Source: Campylobacterales bacterium
GTDB lineage: Bacteria > Campylobacterota > Campylobacteria > Campylobacterales > Sulfurovaceae
DNA length: 37,548 nucleotides
Assembly (NCBI GenBank): GCA_024279555.1
Contig: JAJRRK010000012.1
Location: forward strand, 1-37,548
Reading direction: 5' to 3'
Shown: positions 34,949 through 37,548 of the stretch, in pieces
Layout of the letters: the number at the start of each line of letters is the position of its first letter
How positions within the stretch are numbered: the stretch's first letter is position 1
The notes under the pieces: model-generated
What the model was told of the DNA's origin: nothing
Seen by the model: only the letters and a program-made list of their open reading frames with translations
The model's database searches: none
Made by a program: the position numbers and the translations under genes

Positions 34949-37123
34949 ATGACAAATCATAAAATAACGCTCTCTTTGGTATGTTCACTCACGCTTCTCT
35001 CTGCCTCTTCAGTTGAATTGGGCACGATTTCTGTCGATTCATCAACCATTGATGATAAGTTTGATGCAAAAAGTTTAGAGGTATCAAGTACTGCAACCTT
35101 AAGTGGGGAAGAGGTTGAAGATTTTCATGCTGAAAACATCGCCAATGTCCTCAACACGATTCCTGGGGTAACTGTCAGGGAAAATGAAAATGATTCCAAC
35201 AAGATCCACATCAGAGGGATTGCTGCTGAGATGTATATGGGAGAAAAACCGGGTGTTGCCATCGTTATAGACGGTGTACCGGTGCAAGAGAGAGCAGGAA
35301 GCGTCAACATAGACTCTGATAATATAGAAAGTATTAAAGTCATCAAAGGAGGCGCTTCCTATCTCTACGGAAATGATGCGCTTGCAGGTGCTGTAATTAT
35401 CACCACCAAGCGTCCTAAAGCAAAAGATGAAGGGTTTGCCAGCATCGAACAGGGAAGCTTCGGATACGAGAAGTACATTGCAAGATACAACTACAGTAAT
35501 GACAAATTTGCAGTAGAAGTCCAGGGAAGCTACAAAGGCAGTGACGGGTACTGGGAAGATTCCGATTACTGGACAAAATCGATCAACGGTAAATTGCAAT
35601 ATTACATTGATGAGACCAGTGATATTACCATTGGTATCGATAGAACAAAGCGTTATGAAAATGATACGGGCTCCATTACTTACGCAACCTATGACCCAAA
35701 TACGAAAGTATATAGCTACAATGCACAAAATAATCCAAAAAGTTTTGGTGAAGTGGGATATGCAACCGATTACGACATCAGTCTCGATAAGTATTTCATC
35801 ACTTATTCTAAAGACTTTGAAAATAACTCAAACCTTATGGTTCAGGTATACCGTTATGAAGACGAGACAACCAACAAGAGTGCTGCATTTGACAGCAATG
35901 GAGATGGGTTGAGAGATGACCATCTGTACGATTCTTATGCAAGCACTATTCAAAATGGCTTGAAAGCAGAATACCGCATGAGCGGTGATGTGCTTGCATC
36001 GATGATTGGAATTGATATTGCCAGAAATGACATGGAGTACAATCGAAAATATAGAGTAGACTATACCGATTACCGTCATACTTTTCACCCTATCGGTGAA
36101 GTCACGGGAGACACCTCTGGAAATGAAGACATCAATGCTATTTATGGGGAGTTGAAGTATGCTGCAACCAAAGCACTGACATTGACAGCCAATGCAAGGT
36201 ATGATCAGATAAAGTATGACTATACAGACTATCTTGAAGGAGGGGACTATAGTGATACCTTTTATGAAACCTCTTATCGACTGGGGGCTACCTACAAATT
36301 CGATGAAACGATGATACTTTACAGTAATATCTCAACAGGTTTCAGAGTGCCGCAGCTTACACAGATTTTTGCCGGCGATATCTATGGTCAATCATGGGAT
36401 GGCAGTGTCTATCTTAACAACCCTGATTTGAAAACAGAGACGACTATAAACTATGAGATCGGTTTGCGACATAAAACTGAATTCTTCTCTTATGACATCT
36501 CCATCTATCAGCTTGACAGAAAAGATGTCATCGGTAAAAGTAACGGAAACTATGCATCGGCTGACCGTGGAGATGAAGTTTTTTATAACAACAATTCAGA
36601 TGTACGAAGTCGTGGTCTGGAGTTAAGCCTCTCGACAGACAGAAAGAAACCTTACTATTTTATCTTTAACTATACCTATTTGGACTGTACCTATACGCGT
36701 TATGACAACTACTATATGCGTCTTGAAGGTGAAACTACATCTACAAAATATGATGTGACAGGCAACAGGGTTCCCAGAACATCAAAACATACAATTTACG
36801 CAGAAGCGAACTATCGTCCTGTCAATGATCTACTCTTGACTGCCGGACTCTTTTATCGTTCATCTCAATTTGCGGATGAACGCAATGAGATCGAAGTTGG
36901 CGGATACTCCGTACTCAATCTGAGGGCAAAGTACAATACAAAAGTGGCATCCTACCCTGTAGAGTTCTTCTTCAACGCAGACAATGTACTCGATAAACAA
37001 TACTACATGATGCCTCGCGTTACCGGAGACAGAAACGATGATGGGCTGTATGATATTAGAGATATGGGGCTGACAGTAAATCCTGGCAGAATATTTATTG
37101 CCGGTCTTTCAGTGAAGTTTTAA
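34949..37123 (+). CDS. TonB-dependent outer membrane receptor
   Basis: Signal peptide; plug domain (IPGVTV, IRG, IDGVP, IESIKVIKGGASYLYG..A.AGAV.I.TK); NPDLKTE; NVLDKQY; C-terminal F. Confidence 0.94.
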   Translation: MTNHKITLSLVCSLTLLSASSVELGTISVDSSTIDDKFDAKSLEVSSTATLSGEEVEDFHAENIANVLNTIPGVTVRENENDSNKIHIRGIAAEMYMGEKPGVAIVIDGVPVQERAGSVNIDSDNIESIKVIKGGASYLYGNDALAGAVIITTKRPKAKDEGFASIEQGSFGYEKYIARYNYSNDKFAVEVQGSYKGSDGYWEDSDYWTKSINGKLQYYIDETSDITIGIDRTKRYENDTGSITYATYDPNTKVYSYNAQNNPKSFGEVGYATDYDISLDKYFITYSKDFENNSNLMVQVYRYEDETTNKSAAFDSNGDGLRDDHLYDSYASTIQNGLKAEYRMSGDVLASMIGIDIARNDMEYNRKYRVDYTDYRHTFHPIGEVTGDTSGNEDINAIYGELKYAATKALTLTANARYDQIKYDYTDYLEGGDYSDTFYETSYRLGATYKFDETMILYSNISTGFRVPQLTQIFAGDIYGQSWDGSVYLNNPDLKTETTINYEIGLRHKTEFFSYDISIYQLDRKDVIGKSNGNYASADRGDEVFYNNNSDVRSRGLELSLSTDRKKPYYFIFNYTYLDCTYTRYDNYYMRLEGETTSTKYDVTGNRVPRTSKHTIYAEANYRPVNDLLLTAGLFYRSSQFADERNEIEVGGYSVLNLRAKYNTKVASYPVEFFFNADNVLDKQYYMMPRVTGDRNDDGLYDIRDMGLTVNPGRIFIAGLSVKF

Positions 37124-37125
37124 TC

Positions 37126-37548
37126 ATGGTTGAATCTATTATACGAGATAAAAACGACCTCTTTAAATATCCTGTTTTACGTTTTTTCTTTAAAAACAAA
37201 CACTTTTTGCTCTTTTTTCGCTTGGGTGTTGCAGGACTCTTTTTTTACGCTATCTACTACGGATTTGCACATACAGGTAAAGAGAACCAATTTACATGGG
37301 CTCTCTTTTGGGGAATATTTTGGGCACTCTTTATGGTGGTCACACTTCCTACACTAGGAAGGGTATTTTGCGGCATCTGCCCTCATGGATTTATAGGACA
37401 ATACCTTACTAAGATAGGACTCAAAAGAGCCATGCCCAAATGGATGAAAAACCGTTTTATCGGATTGTCTCTTTTGGTCTTTGGGTGGTGGGGTGTTTAC
37501 TATATGTTCCCTGGTCTTTTTAGAACGCCACTTGGCACAGCCATACTC
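37126..37548 (+). CDS. Membrane-bound 4Fe-4S-binding protein (NapH/MauN/Fer4_5-like), 5' part only
   Basis: Not in the ORF track because the frame is open to the window end. From ATG 37126: MVESIIRDKNDLFKYP...ENQFTWALFWGIFWALFMVVTLPTLGRVFCGICPHG..., with TM segments and a GR.FC..CP.G motif. Confidence 0.82.
   Translation, partial: MVESIIRDKNDLFKYPVLRFFFKNKHFLLFFRLGVAGLFFYAIYYGFAHTGKENQFTWALFWGIFWALFMVVTLPTLGRVFCGICPHGFIGQYLTKIGLKRAMPKWMKNRFIGLSLLVFGWWGVYYMFPGLFRTPLGTAIL

Noticed and set aside
37130-37357. 75-aa plus-strand ORF
   Set aside because: Out of frame with the better 4Fe-4S protein ORF starting at 37126.

Overview
The window is chromosomal DNA from a Campylobacterota (epsilonproteobacterial) genome, most likely Sulfurovum-like, judged from gene order, HobA, long FolP and TGnTATAAT promoters. 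The left part (1-8.7 kb) is the conserved housekeeping block ligA-folP-holB-hobA-lysC-rppH / hemW-tatB-tatC-queA, with a DUF805 gene inserted. Next come two tandem NlpC/P60 lipoproteins, a ychJ-like gene broken by one nonsense codon (missed by the ORF track), a hybrid-kinase-like protein lacking both canonical phospho-histidines, and ruvX/yqgF. A 12-kb TetR-headed operon at 13.4-25.4 kb strings RND, SMR, MFS and ABC exporters behind one TolC. The right part holds a GH3 NagZ-like gene, a candidate structured small RNA with anti-Shine-Dalgarno loops, a thioredoxin-like gene, dprA, doxX, a DASS transporter, a divergent polysaccharide deacetylase, an orphan, ilvC and nfeD-SPFH. It ends with the start of a TonB-receptor/4Fe-4S membrane protein locus. 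I saw no rRNA, tRNA, CRISPR array, transposase or prophage. The best novelty candidates are the sRNA at about 26.72-26.84 kb, the four-family efflux operon, the degenerate hybrid kinase, and a possible 14.6-kb inversion separating dprA from ruvX. All calls come from reading the sequence by eye; no database searches were run.
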